Of a DNA stretch of 64,000 bases, positions 21,516 through 33,000 are shown piece after piece. Position numbers and translations under genes: made by a program. The notes below the pieces were generated by a model. The model was not told the DNA's origin and did not search any database. It saw only the letters and a program-made list of their open reading frames with translations. The stretch covers positions 480,001 to 544,000 of the forward strand of contig OY829846.1 of assembly GCA_963691875.1 (NCBI GenBank), given 5' to 3'. The stretch is from Aureliella sp. (lineage in GTDB: Bacteria; Planctomycetota; Planctomycetia; Pirellulales; Pirellulaceae). Positions within the stretch are counted from its first letter, which is position 1; every line of letters starts with the position of its first letter.

Positions 21516-21916
21516 CCTTGTTTTGCTTTTTCTCGATTCTTCTGTGAATCGCAGTGTCCGTGATGATCTCGAATCGATTGCTATTTACATTCATTGTATC
21601 TTGCGACGATCCATGGCAGAGCGTCGTTGACTACAACTTCAGTCTTAGTGGCGTGTGCTATCAAGACGTAACGAGTGCCAAGCTTAATAAGTGTTTGCAT
21701 TCAGCTCTGAAGGCACACATGCAACCACCGTTTGCCTCGTGGTCCCCTGAGCCTCTGCTCATCAAAACTTTTGCGTCTGTGTAGGATACAACGCTAGTAA
21801 CATGAGAGATTTCGAAATGGCTAGAGCGAATTTCCCACGTCATGCCCACATGAATGTTGCTTCGGTTTTTGCTGCCACGCTAAATTCGCAGCGAAAGCAG
21901 CAGGAACCCGGCTTCA

Positions 21917-22399
21917 TTACTTATCACTTGCTATGAACTGCCGAATACGCTTGATGAGCTCGGGTGACGCGGACGACCTTAGTCGGTTCGGATAGTCGAT
22001 GCAGGCAAGACGGTTTAGTTTCCCTAAGAGTTCCACTTCGTCTACTGCTACTTCTATGCCTTTCTGGCTAGAAAACTGCTTTGCAGTGGCGACCTGATGG
22101 TCGTTCCTTGTTTCTTTTCGAGCCGCCAATCGTGGCATGACCAAGATCGGCTTACCATACTGAAGTGCGGTTATTATTGATCCCATGCCAGCATGAGCCA
22201 CAAGAACCGAACAGTTTTTTACTCGAAGCTTAAACTCATCTGGCTCTATGAAACGCGTGAACTCAAGGTTTGCCGGCTTTAGTGTACTATCGCCAATCTG
22301 AGCAAATATATCAGCATCGGGATTCTTGCCGGCCCAATCGTCGACTGACGAGACAAGTCGATCAAACGCCATTTGATAACCAACTGTAACGAAAATCAA
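21917..22399 (-). CDS. pssE: PssE/CpsG-like glycosyltransferase subunit (Alg13-like)
   Basis: IFVTVGYQMAFDRL, AQIG, AHAGMGSI, PRLA...RNDHQ. Confidence 0.85.
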   Translation of the reverse strand: MIFVTVGYQMAFDRLVSSVDDWAGKNPDADIFAQIGDSTLKPANLEFTRFIEPDEFKLRVKNCSVLVAHAGMGSIITALQYGKPILVMPRLAARKETRNDHQVATAKQFSSQKGIEVAVDEVELLGKLNRLACIDYPNRLRSSASPELIKRIRQFIASDK

Positions 22400-22866
22400 A
22401 GCACGCTCCCTGCATATTCAACGTCGTTTGACTCAGCGACGTGCTGCCACTGCGACAAGATAAGTGAAGCTCGTGGGCGTATTCGTTTTCCGGAGAGAGA
22501 AAGTTCCTCCGCGTTCGCGATGGAATCGACCCAGCAAGTCTTCGCTCCAAACCAGCGACCGAATACGAGGGCGAAATAGCCGGGCGCAGCACCGGTGGAG
22601 ATAACTACGTCTGGTCGGACCCGAACCATTATCCACAGCATTTTTGCAGCCATGATCATGAGGCCCAGCTTATTCCATCGCGTCGCGTCTGGAATTACGT
22701 GGAAGTCTTCACCTAAGACGTCATTCCTGTAACTCCGCGAAACTGTGACGTAAGTGACTTTGGTATTTTCAAATGCGGGTCTAAGTCGCAAGAGCTGCAA
22801 CCAATGTCCACCGCCAGATGCGACGGCGAGAAGTTTGCGAGGTCGATTATGCTCGTTTTCCGTCAT
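22396..22866 (-). CDS. pssD: PssD/CpsF-like glycosyltransferase subunit (Alg14-like)
   Basis: LAVASGGGHWLQL, RPDVVISTGAAPG, WVDSIANAEELSLSG, SQW. Overlaps neighbours by 4 nt. Confidence 0.85.
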   Translation of the reverse strand: MTENEHNRPRKLLAVASGGGHWLQLLRLRPAFENTKVTYVTVSRSYRNDVLGEDFHVIPDATRWNKLGLMIMAAKMLWIMVRVRPDVVISTGAAPGYFALVFGRWFGAKTCWVDSIANAEELSLSGKRIRPRASLILSQWQHVAESNDVEYAGSVL

Positions 22867-23564
22867 TTATGTCGCCATTGAGACTCAGGTATCGGGGCGA
22901 TCTGCCAACCTCGATCTCGGGCGAGGTCGAGAAGAGCAACGGTAAGCGCGTTCACAAAGTGCTCGCGTTCGTCACGCAACGGTCCGAAGCGTTCGTGGTC
23001 ATGCATGAGAATCACTCCTCCTCCCTGAGCGTCCACGCGTTCAACCACATCTTCAACGGATGGCAGTTCGGGATAGGTATCGCCGCTTACAACTGTCCAA
23101 GTGGAAATCTGTAGGCCCTGTAGCCGTGCGGCTAGTATGCTCAGGAGGTTCAGTTTTCCGTAGGGTGGCCGGTAGGTTGATAATGAAAAATCTGCCGAAT
23201 AAAGGACAGATGGAATCTGTGAGGTGTCTCGCCAGCAAGCAATTGGGAAAGAACGCCATTGATTAAGATGTGTTTTAGAGTGCCACGCAATTTCATGCCC
23301 TGAACTGGCTATCCTGGAGAGCACTTCCGGATATCTCTCTGCTGATTTTCCTATCACAAAAAAGGTTGCCTGAGCGTTCCTAGCAGCGAGGATCGACAGA
23401 ATACGATCAGTGTGGGAAGGGCTAGGCCCATCGTCGTAAGTTAGTGCGAGCCGACCTGCGCCACATAGCGACGCAGCTCGTCGGTCAGCGAGAAAGCGCG
23501 CGACAACTCCGCTCCCAAAGTAGATAACTAGGCAAGTGAGACTCAAAAAAAGAAAAGTTGACAT
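22863..23564 (-). CDS. Polysaccharide deacetylase (CE4/NodB) with N-terminal anchor
   Basis: LTYDDGP, ATFF, HEIAWHSKTH, RPPYG, ILMHD. Confidence 0.92.
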   Translation of the reverse strand: MSTFLFLSLTCLVIYFGSGVVARFLADRRAASLCGAGRLALTYDDGPSPSHTDRILSILAARNAQATFFVIGKSAERYPEVLSRIASSGHEIAWHSKTHLNQWRSFPIACWRDTSQIPSVLYSADFSLSTYRPPYGKLNLLSILAARLQGLQISTWTVVSGDTYPELPSVEDVVERVDAQGGGVILMHDHERFGPLRDEREHFVNALTVALLDLARDRGWQIAPIPESQWRHK

Positions 23565-24149
23565 GCGGGATTCAAAATGGACACTGAGCTAAGAGGGCAT
23601 TGGGGCTAATGATCCTGGCGGGTAAAGTGTGGCTATTTAACGTTAATCATAATTTAATGTCGCGAAACCCTTTATACTGGGAAAACCGCAAATTTTGGCA
23701 GAACCCGTAGATATTCCGCGGAGAGCCCTCGAACAGGCAGGTTTTGCCTGGTTCCGTCTATCTCGGGTTGTGTTTTCGCTGTGACCTTCCAGCATAAAAT
23801 TGCAACGTTTTGAGTGAGACAGTCTTGCTCCGGCGTACAGCTCGGAGATGACTTTCAGAATGCCTCAGAAAAATCATGCAGTGGATTAGCTCGTTGTCAA
23901 ACTTCGTAAAGTCGATCGGGGAAGTTGGTAATTAGAAGACCCTACCTGCGATAGGCCAGGATGGGTGGACTCACCGGGGATCATCGCTTGTCGGCATAAA
24001 AGAGGCTTTTGCAGAGCTGGCGGAGGGTGATGCTTTCAAACTTTTTATCAATCAATGGCATGCTTTCTGTAATGCTGCCAATGCGGTTAGCGTGTCGTCA
24101 CGGAGCGTTCAGGAATCGGATGAAAGTAAGCTCCAGCGATTAAACCGTA

Positions 24150-24570
24150 TGGCGCCTAAGCTTCGGTAGAAAAACTTACAGAAAAAGTAAAACGTCTAAT
24201 GAAACAGCCTCAGCAAGCTGAGATGGAACGTGAAATATCACGAATGCCACGCACCATTCCTCGAAGGAGTCGAAGTGAAGTACGCCTGGCTCTAAGAGCA
24301 CAAAGACTCCTTCATGATCAAATCGGTACGCAAGTGGGTGGGTGTGAGCACTAGCGGCTTCTACGCTTTAAGACGCCCGGAACCAAATGCACGAAAGCTG
24401 GGAAGCCATAAGCTACATCAACATATAGCCGCGGTCCATCGCGACTCAAATGAGATCTATGGCAGCTAGAAAATCGCAGACGGGCTTCTCAAAAACTCGA
24501 AATTTTAATCGGCTTACCGCAACCCTGTTGCTCGTGCGGTGCAGGAAATGCAGCTTAAGAGAAGCGATTC
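24150..24570 (+). mobile_element. IS3-family OrfA/OrfB junction remnant (different subgroup)
   Basis: QAEMEREI followed by VKYAWL*EHKDSF...VGVSTSGFYA...HRDSNEIYGS*KI...VARAVQEMQLK. Confidence 0.8.
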
Positions 24571-24856
24571 ATCCCAACCATTACAATCACAGTACCGCAT
24601 TCCTACTGTTTTATCGATCCTTCCCTTGATATCCGTGTTCCCAGTGGGACGGTAAGAGATTCGAACGTGATCGGATTTGGCTCTCGCGAAGAAATTGTCA
24701 TAGACGCCCACGCAATCATCTAAGGATAGCATTACTTCGAGTGGCGTTTGGAGGTCAGATAAGGGAAACAAATCCGCTACGCAATGAGACGCATCTTCAG
24801 AGTGGTCGCGATGTGTTGGAGCGCGGGGACGGAACCTTTGCAAGCTCAAACGAGCC

Positions 24857-24893
24857 CGGGTGAGGACAGTCAAAGAAACTATCTCCTCACCCG
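24857..24893. other. Stem-loop about 60 nt downstream of the FrhB-like gene
   Basis: CGGGTGAGGA (24857-24866) / TCCTCACCCG (24884-24893), perfect 10-bp inverted repeat; no clear U-tract. Confidence 0.4.
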
Positions 24894-24951
24894 AACTGAC
24901 AACAGGATATGTTTCACGAGGCGAAGATTGGGACTGCAGTGGCGTCACTGC

Positions 24952-26247
24952 TCATTGACCAGACGAATGCTCGTTACCAGATGCTTCGTAAGGTTCTACT
25001 CGCAGCCGCTTCCGCAACTTCTTTTTAAATACTCTTTTGGCAGTACCAAGGACACTTTGGATTTTCTGTCGAAAAGTAAGCTCACTCAACCAAAAACGAA
25101 ACATGGGGAAACCTATGAAGCGTGGAGCATTAGCACCAAGAAGTTTGCAGACCAACATCCGCGCCCAAATCATTCCGCGAGTCATAAGTAAATGATTCTG
25201 AGATGCTGGCAAAGTCCAAGCTTCAACTGGCTCCGCTACCAAGTAACCTTTCTCGATCGCATCCTTGATAATTTGTCGTCCCCGATTTGTTCTTGCAAGA
25301 ATCAGCGACTTACCAGGATCGCTCGAGTCCTGCGGTCGATACCAAGGATCCCCAACGGCGATGTCCGCGAGTTCACCCGTGTGATCAGCACATACATAGC
25401 AACGCCACTGCCGATACTTCTGAAGCTTTCCCCAACTGTCTGCGTAAGTCATTTGGGCAGATCGCTTCTCGCCGCTGCTGTCTACCCAAACGGCCTCAGC
25501 CATCCCGGGCCAGCCTTTACCACGGTAACGCAACTCTTTCACAGACATGGGGTCGGATACTCCCATTTCCTTCAACAGGTCAAGGGTCCCCTGACTAGAG
25601 GGCGCCCCGGCGCAAAAAAATGCGATATTTAGTCCAAGATTCTCGTTTAGTTTGGGCCGCAAGCTAGCAGCATGCTGTGTGGCCGCGGCATCGCATGGCT
25701 TACCTATAAAGACACAAGGTCCAGGCGCCTTCTCAATTAGTTCGAGTCCATCGCAGGGACTAGCGGGTGCATAGCGTGATCCAGCGCCCGAAATCAGCTC
25801 CTCTTTATTGCGGCTTAATGACGTGCGGTTGAGAAAGGGAACATCCTCACGCTTCTTGACATGTAACGCTCCATACATGCCGAGTTCCTCGATGCAGTAG
25901 AGTGCAATAGCTGATGCTGCTCCACCACTCGATCCGTGAAAGCGAATCTCTGCATCGCCAGAGTAGCCTTCAAACAACCCATAAACAGGCCCCCATGCCG
26001 GTAAAAGCTCTTGAATGAGTTCGGGGTCTTCGGTGTCGAAGCTGTGGTTTAGCCCCTTGCCCGGACAGGCTCCCGCGGCATCGTGTAGCTCCGCGAGTCC
26101 GGCATCTGAGTCGATTATCGGTCGGCGACCTAGTTTGACATCATCGACCATCTTGATCGCATCTGGCGCAAGGTAAGCGCAGACGCCGCAACCACTGCAC
26201 ATTTGTGTTTCGACTATTTCCGGAATCGTTTTCACTAGGCTCATCAA
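24952..26247 (-). CDS. Coenzyme F420 hydrogenase/dehydrogenase beta-subunit (FrhB-like) Fe-S flavoprotein
   Basis: CSGCGVC...ACPG, SSGG, GSRYAP, IGKPCD, FFCAG, YRGKGWPG, RCYVCADHTGELADIAVGDPW. Confidence 0.9.
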   Translation of the reverse strand: MMSLVKTIPEIVETQMCSGCGVCAYLAPDAIKMVDDVKLGRRPIIDSDAGLAELHDAAGACPGKGLNHSFDTEDPELIQELLPAWGPVYGLFEGYSGDAEIRFHGSSGGAASAIALYCIEELGMYGALHVKKREDVPFLNRTSLSRNKEELISGAGSRYAPASPCDGLELIEKAPGPCVFIGKPCDAAATQHAASLRPKLNENLGLNIAFFCAGAPSSQGTLDLLKEMGVSDPMSVKELRYRGKGWPGMAEAVWVDSSGEKRSAQMTYADSWGKLQKYRQWRCYVCADHTGELADIAVGDPWYRPQDSSDPGKSLILARTNRGRQIIKDAIEKGYLVAEPVEAWTLPASQNHLLMTRGMIWARMLVCKLLGANAPRFIGFPMFRFWLSELTFRQKIQSVLGTAKRVFKKKLRKRLRVEPYEASGNEHSSGQ

Positions 26248-26759
26248 CCTACGAGTATTTTGCGAACACGTTGTAAGTCATCACAACTAGGGAGACACTA
26301 AATTCCTAAGCAGAAAATTGTTAGCAGAACCGGTGCCCCCTGCCTCATTTTACTCTGCGATTGGCCGCGACGATGTCTGAAAACGCGATCCTTTTCAAAT
26401 GGCCGCTCTTGTGGTGTGGATATTACATGTAACTTTTGCCGGGAAGCACTCGTTCTATCAGAACTTGAAAGATGTTTTAGGGAGAACGAAATCTGCCATC
26501 TGTAAAATCCCCCATACCTTCTAGGATAACCGACTGTTAGATCATCATAAGAGTAGTTCATCTTATTAAATCCCTAAGCAATTTCCTGCGTCGGAAAACA
26601 GCCTTGCACTTCGTGTCTATCTGCGCGGGCATATTCCGAAAGATAATCTGGGTAATCGTGGCCGCTGCATTTACCAAACGTTGTGGAGGTACGCGTTCCG
26701 CTTTCGATGTAGCCTGATATAAGCGTGAGCCGCCTCGGCTTGGTATCATAACAAAGGTG

Positions 26760-26985
26760 GACGTGGGAAAGTGTTTGAATCGAGAGTCTCAACAGCCTAT
26801 TGCGGGACGACTTTTTAGTCCGCGACGGGTTCCAAAACCCTCAGCAAGGCGGACAGATAATTTGCGATCGGCATTCACACCACAACCATCATCGCCCGCA
26901 CACCCGCTTGGGTTGCAACCAGCCCGCAGCACTCATCCCAATCCAACTCAGCTGGAGCCACGCCTACGGGACTCTAGACCAACTT
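26760..26985 (+). mobile_element. IS3-family integrase C-terminal remnant
   Basis: IESLNSLLRDDFL...HNHHRPHTRLGCNQPA resembles the ESFN..LRDE.L...YN..RPH..LG..TP motif. Confidence 0.65.
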
Positions 26986-27061
26986 GTTGTTTAACCAATC
27001 CTCAACCTCACAAGCTTGAACTTGCTTCTTTTGGCACTTCACATGGTTCTCGGCTAGTCGC

Positions 27062-27670
27062 TTACTTGCGTCGCAGTGGTTTTCGATGTCGCAGTTTGCT
27101 TTCGCACGCAGCGAGGCAAATAGTTGCGACACCTAACAACTCAAAGAGATAGCGCAATTTTACCCCGCAAATTGCTCCGGCAAGCCAACCGTCGAGCTGG
27201 TGTAGCGAAGCCGCTCTAACGAGAAGGAAAGTCCCCAGAACCGCCAAGCCAACAATTGCAACCATGCATTCTCGCCAGACACTTCGGAGTTGGTATGTAA
27301 CCCAAGCGGAAGAAACTGCCCCACAACAAACGACCAGAAAAATAAAGTACGCCTGGTACTCACGCCGCTGTTCGTACCAGCCATTTTCACGGGCCAGGGT
27401 TCGGCAAACTGTAATCATCCATGTTTGTACATCAAGTTGCTTATTTAAGCCCAGAAGGAAAACTACGCAGGACAGACCAAACCAAAATAAGTACAAACGT
27501 GATATCGACTCGCTGGGACGGATTCTTCTTACCGCCATCGCGTTCAGTACGCAAGTGACGAACGCCACGAAGTAAGATGCGGTGATACTCCAGCCAATAA
27601 AATCTGGGTCGCCAACCTTCAGCTCATACGGAGTGTTGAAAGCGATTCTGAAGACTTCGAGCATCACCAA
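27062..27670 (-). CDS. Uncharacterised multi-pass membrane protein (GDP..GW / LGLNKQLD / GWYEQRR type)
   Basis: About 5-6 hydrophobic helices; a degenerate paralog at 7831-8418 supports it being a real gene. Confidence 0.75.
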   Translation of the reverse strand: MVMLEVFRIAFNTPYELKVGDPDFIGWSITASYFVAFVTCVLNAMAVRRIRPSESISRLYLFWFGLSCVVFLLGLNKQLDVQTWMITVCRTLARENGWYEQRREYQAYFIFLVVCCGAVSSAWVTYQLRSVWRECMVAIVGLAVLGTFLLVRAASLHQLDGWLAGAICGVKLRYLFELLGVATICLAACESKLRHRKPLRRK

Positions 27671-28401
27671 TTACCCTGTGCTCTGCATTCGCGACGCGGC
27701 TCTTTTTAAAAATGCCAAGAAGCATGAAAACAATAATCCAGTTATCTGAGCGACTGCTGATGTCATAAGGTAGTACTCTTACCTTTGAAAAATCCGTACA
27801 TCTTCGTTCCTCCCCCGTCGTGTTGAGGGTTGGTAGTCGTTGATTGAATGTGTTCGATCGCTTAGTGGGGTTCACTCTGCCTCCTCAGGGGTCATAGACG
27901 GATCACCCCCAGCTCTTCTTTTTGAAAGAGAATTGGAGGTGGCACTCGAGCAGTGCAATGATCTGGTGACATTGGGAGAGGAGGATTGCGAACAGGGCCC
28001 CTTCGAAAACGAATACCGAGTGCCATCGGAATGACAGATTCAAATGAGAACTGGACGATCCGGCGCCTTCATCTCTGAGCATCTGGGATTCAATCCTCCT
28101 AACTTTCGCCCTTAGAAGCGGTAACAATGCACGGCGTATGCCTGAGGTTATATTTTCGCTGACGCATTTGGCTTGTAGAGTTACACGATATTCGCAGACT
28201 TGCTCGTCTTCGAGGGCACATTCGATCTCTGGCGGAGCCATGAAACGCATTCATGTCGCGACCGAATACATTGCATAGCAATGCTTGTCTTGCAACCTAA
28301 AGCCAAGAAACCAACAATATTGAACGCGAATGTACCGACTAGTTGGATACTCGGTCTGATCAGACTCCCAGGTACCTTCAAGCGATCTGCGCTGTTTTGC
28401 A

Positions 28402-29994
28402 TTAAGATGCGCCTTCGCGTAAAAGTACCGTTTTGACCGTTCGTAGGATGAGGTATAGATCCAGCCAGATTGACCAATTACGAATGTAGTACATATCCCA
28501 ATACACGCGAAGTTCGTAGACACCATCACTTCTGGAACTGACTTGCCATAGCCCCGTTAATCCCGGTCTCACGCTCTTGTAAACTTCATACTCATCAGGA
28601 TATTCGCGCACGTAGGCGGCATCATAAGTCGGTGAGTCGACTATTGGTCTCGGGCCAACCAAACTCATGTCCCCACGAAGAATGTTCCAAAGTTGCGGAA
28701 GTTCATCCAGGCTGGTCCTGCGGAGAAACGCACCGATCTTGTTGACCCTAGGATCATTGGCTAGTTTGTGTTTCAAATCCCATTCCGCTCGTGCCTCGGG
28801 ATTTTGATCGAGGTAGGAATCAAGAACCTCATCTGCGTTCTGCACCATACTTCTGAACTTCCATGCAACGAATTCCTTGCCATATCTGCCAACTCTTTTC
28901 TGTCCGTACAGAATCGGTCCAGGAGAGCTCAGCTTGATTAGCAAGCCAAAAGATAATAACAGCGGCATGCCAATTGCAATCGCCAACACGGTTATCGAAA
29001 TGTCCAGGCATCGCTTGCAGGCAAGTTGAAGACAGTTCGGTCGGATGGTCCCTAGTCTGATTCCGGTTGCACCGGCAATGCAAAACAACTCGTCCCACAA
29101 TCCCATATCGAGTTGATTTGAAGAAAGTAAGATTCTGTTGGGGATTGCACTGAAGGTAGAATCCGAAGCCGGACTACAGGCGCGACTCACACATGGAGAG
29201 ACTATTACCCAGGTTGCTCCAAGTGCAGTTGCTACCTCATCTGTTCGTCGGACATCAAACGCAGGGATGTTGTTTTCATCCAGAAGACGAGTGCCACTCC
29301 AGTAATGTTCGGAAGGAAGAAGAACCCCGACAGGCCGGAACCCTCGGTCAATGGTGTTCGCAATTTTACGGAACAGTTCCACTCCTCGTTCTGGTTCAGC
29401 AACAAGCAACGTTGGAACTCCCCACCACGGGCAGTAACTTGCGAACTTTCGAACCATAAATCGAATCGTTACGACAACTGGTATATTGCAAAAGGCGGTG
29501 AGCGAAAATGCCAAGAAGAAAGCAATGTTGCCCGGCAAAAAGAAAATGCCGATACAGCAAATGGTCGCTATCGCCGCTATGAATATCCATGAAGTTTGTC
29601 GAAATTCCATTACGGCGCTTTGGCCAATTCCAGGGTATAAGCCTGCGGCAATAGCAAGTGGAATGATAAGCAAAGAACCGATCAACAATGTGCCATTGCC
29701 GATTTGTAGATGTGGATACGGTAGGATCAGCTGAGTCAAACCATCAGAGGCCCAAAGGGTCAGATAAAGCAACAAATAATCTGTGAGAGCAAGAATTGCC
29801 GCCATCGCAATTGACTGCAAAGCGAACAGATTACAGAGTTTATTCGCAAGGCGGTTGGATGTAGGATTTGCCTGGAAGTAATTCCGCAACGTCACCGCAG
29901 ATTGTCGGTCGACAGCATCTAGACGCGCGTACTTCTCGTCTGCCGTTTCTATTGTTCGTTCCTGTTCACGAACGTCTTCTGTGATTTGGCTCAT
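28402..29994 (-). CDS. wbaP: Undecaprenyl-phosphate hexose-1-P transferase (WbaP-like), copy 1
   Basis: KRCLDI, GPILYGQKRVG, WKFRSM, DPRVNKIGAFLRRTSLDELPQLWN, MSLVGPRP, RPGLTGLWQV. Confidence 0.9.
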   Translation of the reverse strand: MSQITEDVREQERTIETADEKYARLDAVDRQSAVTLRNYFQANPTSNRLANKLCNLFALQSIAMAAILALTDYLLLYLTLWASDGLTQLILPYPHLQIGNGTLLIGSLLIIPLAIAAGLYPGIGQSAVMEFRQTSWIFIAAIATICCIGIFFLPGNIAFFLAFSLTAFCNIPVVVTIRFMVRKFASYCPWWGVPTLLVAEPERGVELFRKIANTIDRGFRPVGVLLPSEHYWSGTRLLDENNIPAFDVRRTDEVATALGATWVIVSPCVSRACSPASDSTFSAIPNRILLSSNQLDMGLWDELFCIAGATGIRLGTIRPNCLQLACKRCLDISITVLAIAIGMPLLLSFGLLIKLSSPGPILYGQKRVGRYGKEFVAWKFRSMVQNADEVLDSYLDQNPEARAEWDLKHKLANDPRVNKIGAFLRRTSLDELPQLWNILRGDMSLVGPRPIVDSPTYDAAYVREYPDEYEVYKSVRPGLTGLWQVSSRSDGVYELRVYWDMYYIRNWSIWLDLYLILRTVKTVLLREGAS

Positions 29995-30079
29995 GTGTAA
30001 ACTCTCTGCTCTAGCCGTTGCAAACTAGCACAGTAGCGAACAAGTTTTTCAGCTAGTGGGCGATGCAAGTGTCTCTCCG

Positions 30080-33000
30080 CTAGTTCAATGAGGCATTTGC
30101 CAGGACCGCCGTTTGCAACCGCTTCAAAGACGCACGCTCGATGGGCAAAAGTGTGTGAATATCCAGTTGTTTTTTTGCAACTCTTAACGAATTTCCTGCA
30201 TCCGTAAAACGCTGTTGGTAGGCAAAGATTTGAGCAAGATGGAAGTGGTAGGTTGCTTTACCTGCGAGATCGATCGCTTTTCGAAAATCGACTTCCGCCG
30301 CATCGAATCTGCCAGCGGCCATATGAACAAGGCCTCTCGTGTCTAAAAAAGCGGCTTGGGGACCCAAATCACCTATTACGCTTTCGATGGCAAACATCGC
30401 CTGGCCGAGTTGCTTAGATGTCAAAGCACATATGGCCGCAAGATTATTACGTGCAGAAACGTTTGAAGGGTCCGATTCCAGAACACTGTTATATGCATCA
30501 CAGGCCTTTTCGGTGTCTCCTAGCCAGGAATAGAGGTCACCCACGCAAAGCAAAACCTCTGTTAGCGTTGCTTTATCTGCTGCCTGTAAATAACTAATCA
30601 ATTGCGCAACGCAATCGCGGTCTTCTGTTCCACTTTGGATTGCTCCATAGGCTAATGCGACTAACTGCAACGCATTGGCGTCCTCTCGCGGAATGAGGTC
30701 CAAGGCTTTTTGTACATTTCCCGTTCGGGCGTAGAAGCTTGCTAACCGGAGATCACCAGCCGAATCGTAGCGTGCTATTTCAGTGTTAGCTCGCAACGCA
30801 ATTTTCAGCATTCTTTCTGAAAGTTCCACTTGTCCGGCGCGGCGAAGTTGGATTCCGTAATACTCGGATATCGGAGCAACCTCTTGGTTGAGCTCCGAGC
30901 TTTCAGCAGCTTGCTCCAACATCAAAGTTAGTGCTGTAAATTTGCCCTCGGTGAAAAGCACTTTCGATTCAGCTTTGATAGTCGTCACCGAATCGGGCGC
31001 CAATTCAATCAACTGGTTGAGCCAAAGTTTACCTTCGTTGAGTTCACCGCGATCTATCAGTGCAGTTGCATATTGGGACACGTAGTCAGCAATTTCAGCG
31101 CCACCATTACCCAGCACACGCCGCATAGTCCTTGAGTAATTAGCCCAATCATTCCGTTGGCGGTACAGATCTGCCAATAACGCATTGTCGGGGATCGAAA
31201 AAGTGGTTTGTTTCGCAACCAGATCCACGAGTATCTTCAAACCTTTGTCTGAGTTTTCAGAGCGGCCGTCCTTCGATAATAAAATTGCAAGGCACCGCAG
31301 ATCCTCAGTCGAATTCTCCGATGATTTGATATTCTCTTTAATCAAACGTAGAGCGCGGGCGTTACTTTCCTGATCTCCCTGTATGCCAATTGACAAGGCG
31401 AGGTTTCGACGGCCCCATATTTGATCATCGATTTGTACTTTGGAACTATTTGCGACTAGGCGTTCAAGGAGGGGAATGGCTTTCGCAATCCGTCCCGACT
31501 CCAAATAGAAAGAGGTGAAACGGCGAAGCAGACTCGAGTCCGTTGGGCACTCTTTAATAGCCTTGCGGTAATATTCTTCCGCACTCCTCTCGTCTCCGGT
31601 GGATTGATAGCATTGCGCCAGCGTGTCAGAGAGATATCTCGTTGAAATAGAATGCTCGGCCTCCGAAATAACCGTCTTGGCTAAACTTAACTTCCCCTGG
31701 CCGCAATGCATTTGAACAAGAGCAATCCATGGCTCCGGGCTTGAAGGGCTGATTTCAATAGCTTTTCGAAATTGATTTTCGGCCTTGGTGAAATTTCCAG
31801 TGATTCGAAGAATCTGTGCTAGCCAAAATAGGTCCGCTTGTTTCTCCGATTGTTTGGCTCGCCGGACTGCAAGATCCAAAGCTCGATCGAAATCCTGCAG
31901 CTGAATTGACAGATTAGAGGCGATCTGCGTAAGGTTTCGCGATAACGGAATATATTCTTCAGAGAGGTGACGGATGACTTGGTCTGCTTCGACAAACCGT
32001 CTGGCCTGGACCAATAGCTCTACACAGCGACCGATCAGCCTAGGGGCTCGGTCGCCCAATCGGATAGCATCCAGGTAGTGTCGGACTGCAATTTGACGAT
32101 TCCCAGCTACATCATTGATTTCAGCGCGCAATCGGGAAATTCGATGCCAAGTGGGGCGTGTTGTAGCAGCTTCAGATAAGTGCTGCAAAGCTTCCACTAG
32201 CAGAGCAGGAGTATCGCGGTTGGCCTGCATCGTCAGGAGAGTCGCCCTACCAACTTGCCAAAGTGGTCCAGGTCCTTCGATGGCATAAATTCGTTCCAAC
32301 GCGTTTTCTAATTTAGCGGTATCCTTCTCTCGGTAGGCTATGTCAAAAACCAGCAGCTGCAATCTAAGGTCACTTTTGCCTTCATTCTGCTCCTCTATCA
32401 ACTCCAACTGTTGGCCACAACGCTTGTAGTCTTCAACTGAAAAGAAAAACTCAGCAAAATCTTTCGCCAATTCAATTCGTTGTTCCTGCGACCAATTAGG
32501 GTCTGCTACAGAAAGTTCTTCTAGTTGCTCGAGTGGTAACTCGCTACGGTATCGCCGCCACAGGTAATTAGCATGCGCAAGTCGCAGGGCTGGGATACTC
32601 CCAAGTTTTTCCTTTGCCTGTTCAAGCATCGCCAAGGCAGATATGAAATTCTCTCTTCGGAGATGCAATTCCACGATTCCACGATAAAGCTCGAGCGAAT
32701 ATGGGGTTGATTGGATTTGTCGTTGGAGTGTCCGTATTGCTCCTTCTGCATCCCCAGCTGCATAACAAAGCTCCGCCTTCATCAATGCAACGTCTGCTTC
32801 AACGCCGGGAACGTTTTCAAGTTTTTCGACGAGTTCTTCCCCGTATTTTCGATAGGCTTCTGATCCGGATCGCTGCCATTGCAAAAGCGTACATTTTGCC
32901 AAGTCGATTGCTATACGCTTCGAGGTTGGATTGAGCCGTGCCAGATACTTCAGCTCTGCCAACGCCTCTCGCAAATTACCCATGCGAGTCAACGCTGAAG

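Noticed and set aside
21866..21903. Hairpin after pssE as an intrinsic terminator
   Set aside because: The T-run is on the wrong side for either strand.
24514..24948. 144-aa minus-strand ORF after the FrhB-like gene
   Set aside because: Overlaps a stem-loop and runs into an IS3 relic; no motif.
24952..26247. FrhB-like gene as a sign of hydrogenase or methanogenesis
   Set aside because: No alpha/gamma subunits or maturation genes; it sits in a polysaccharide locus.
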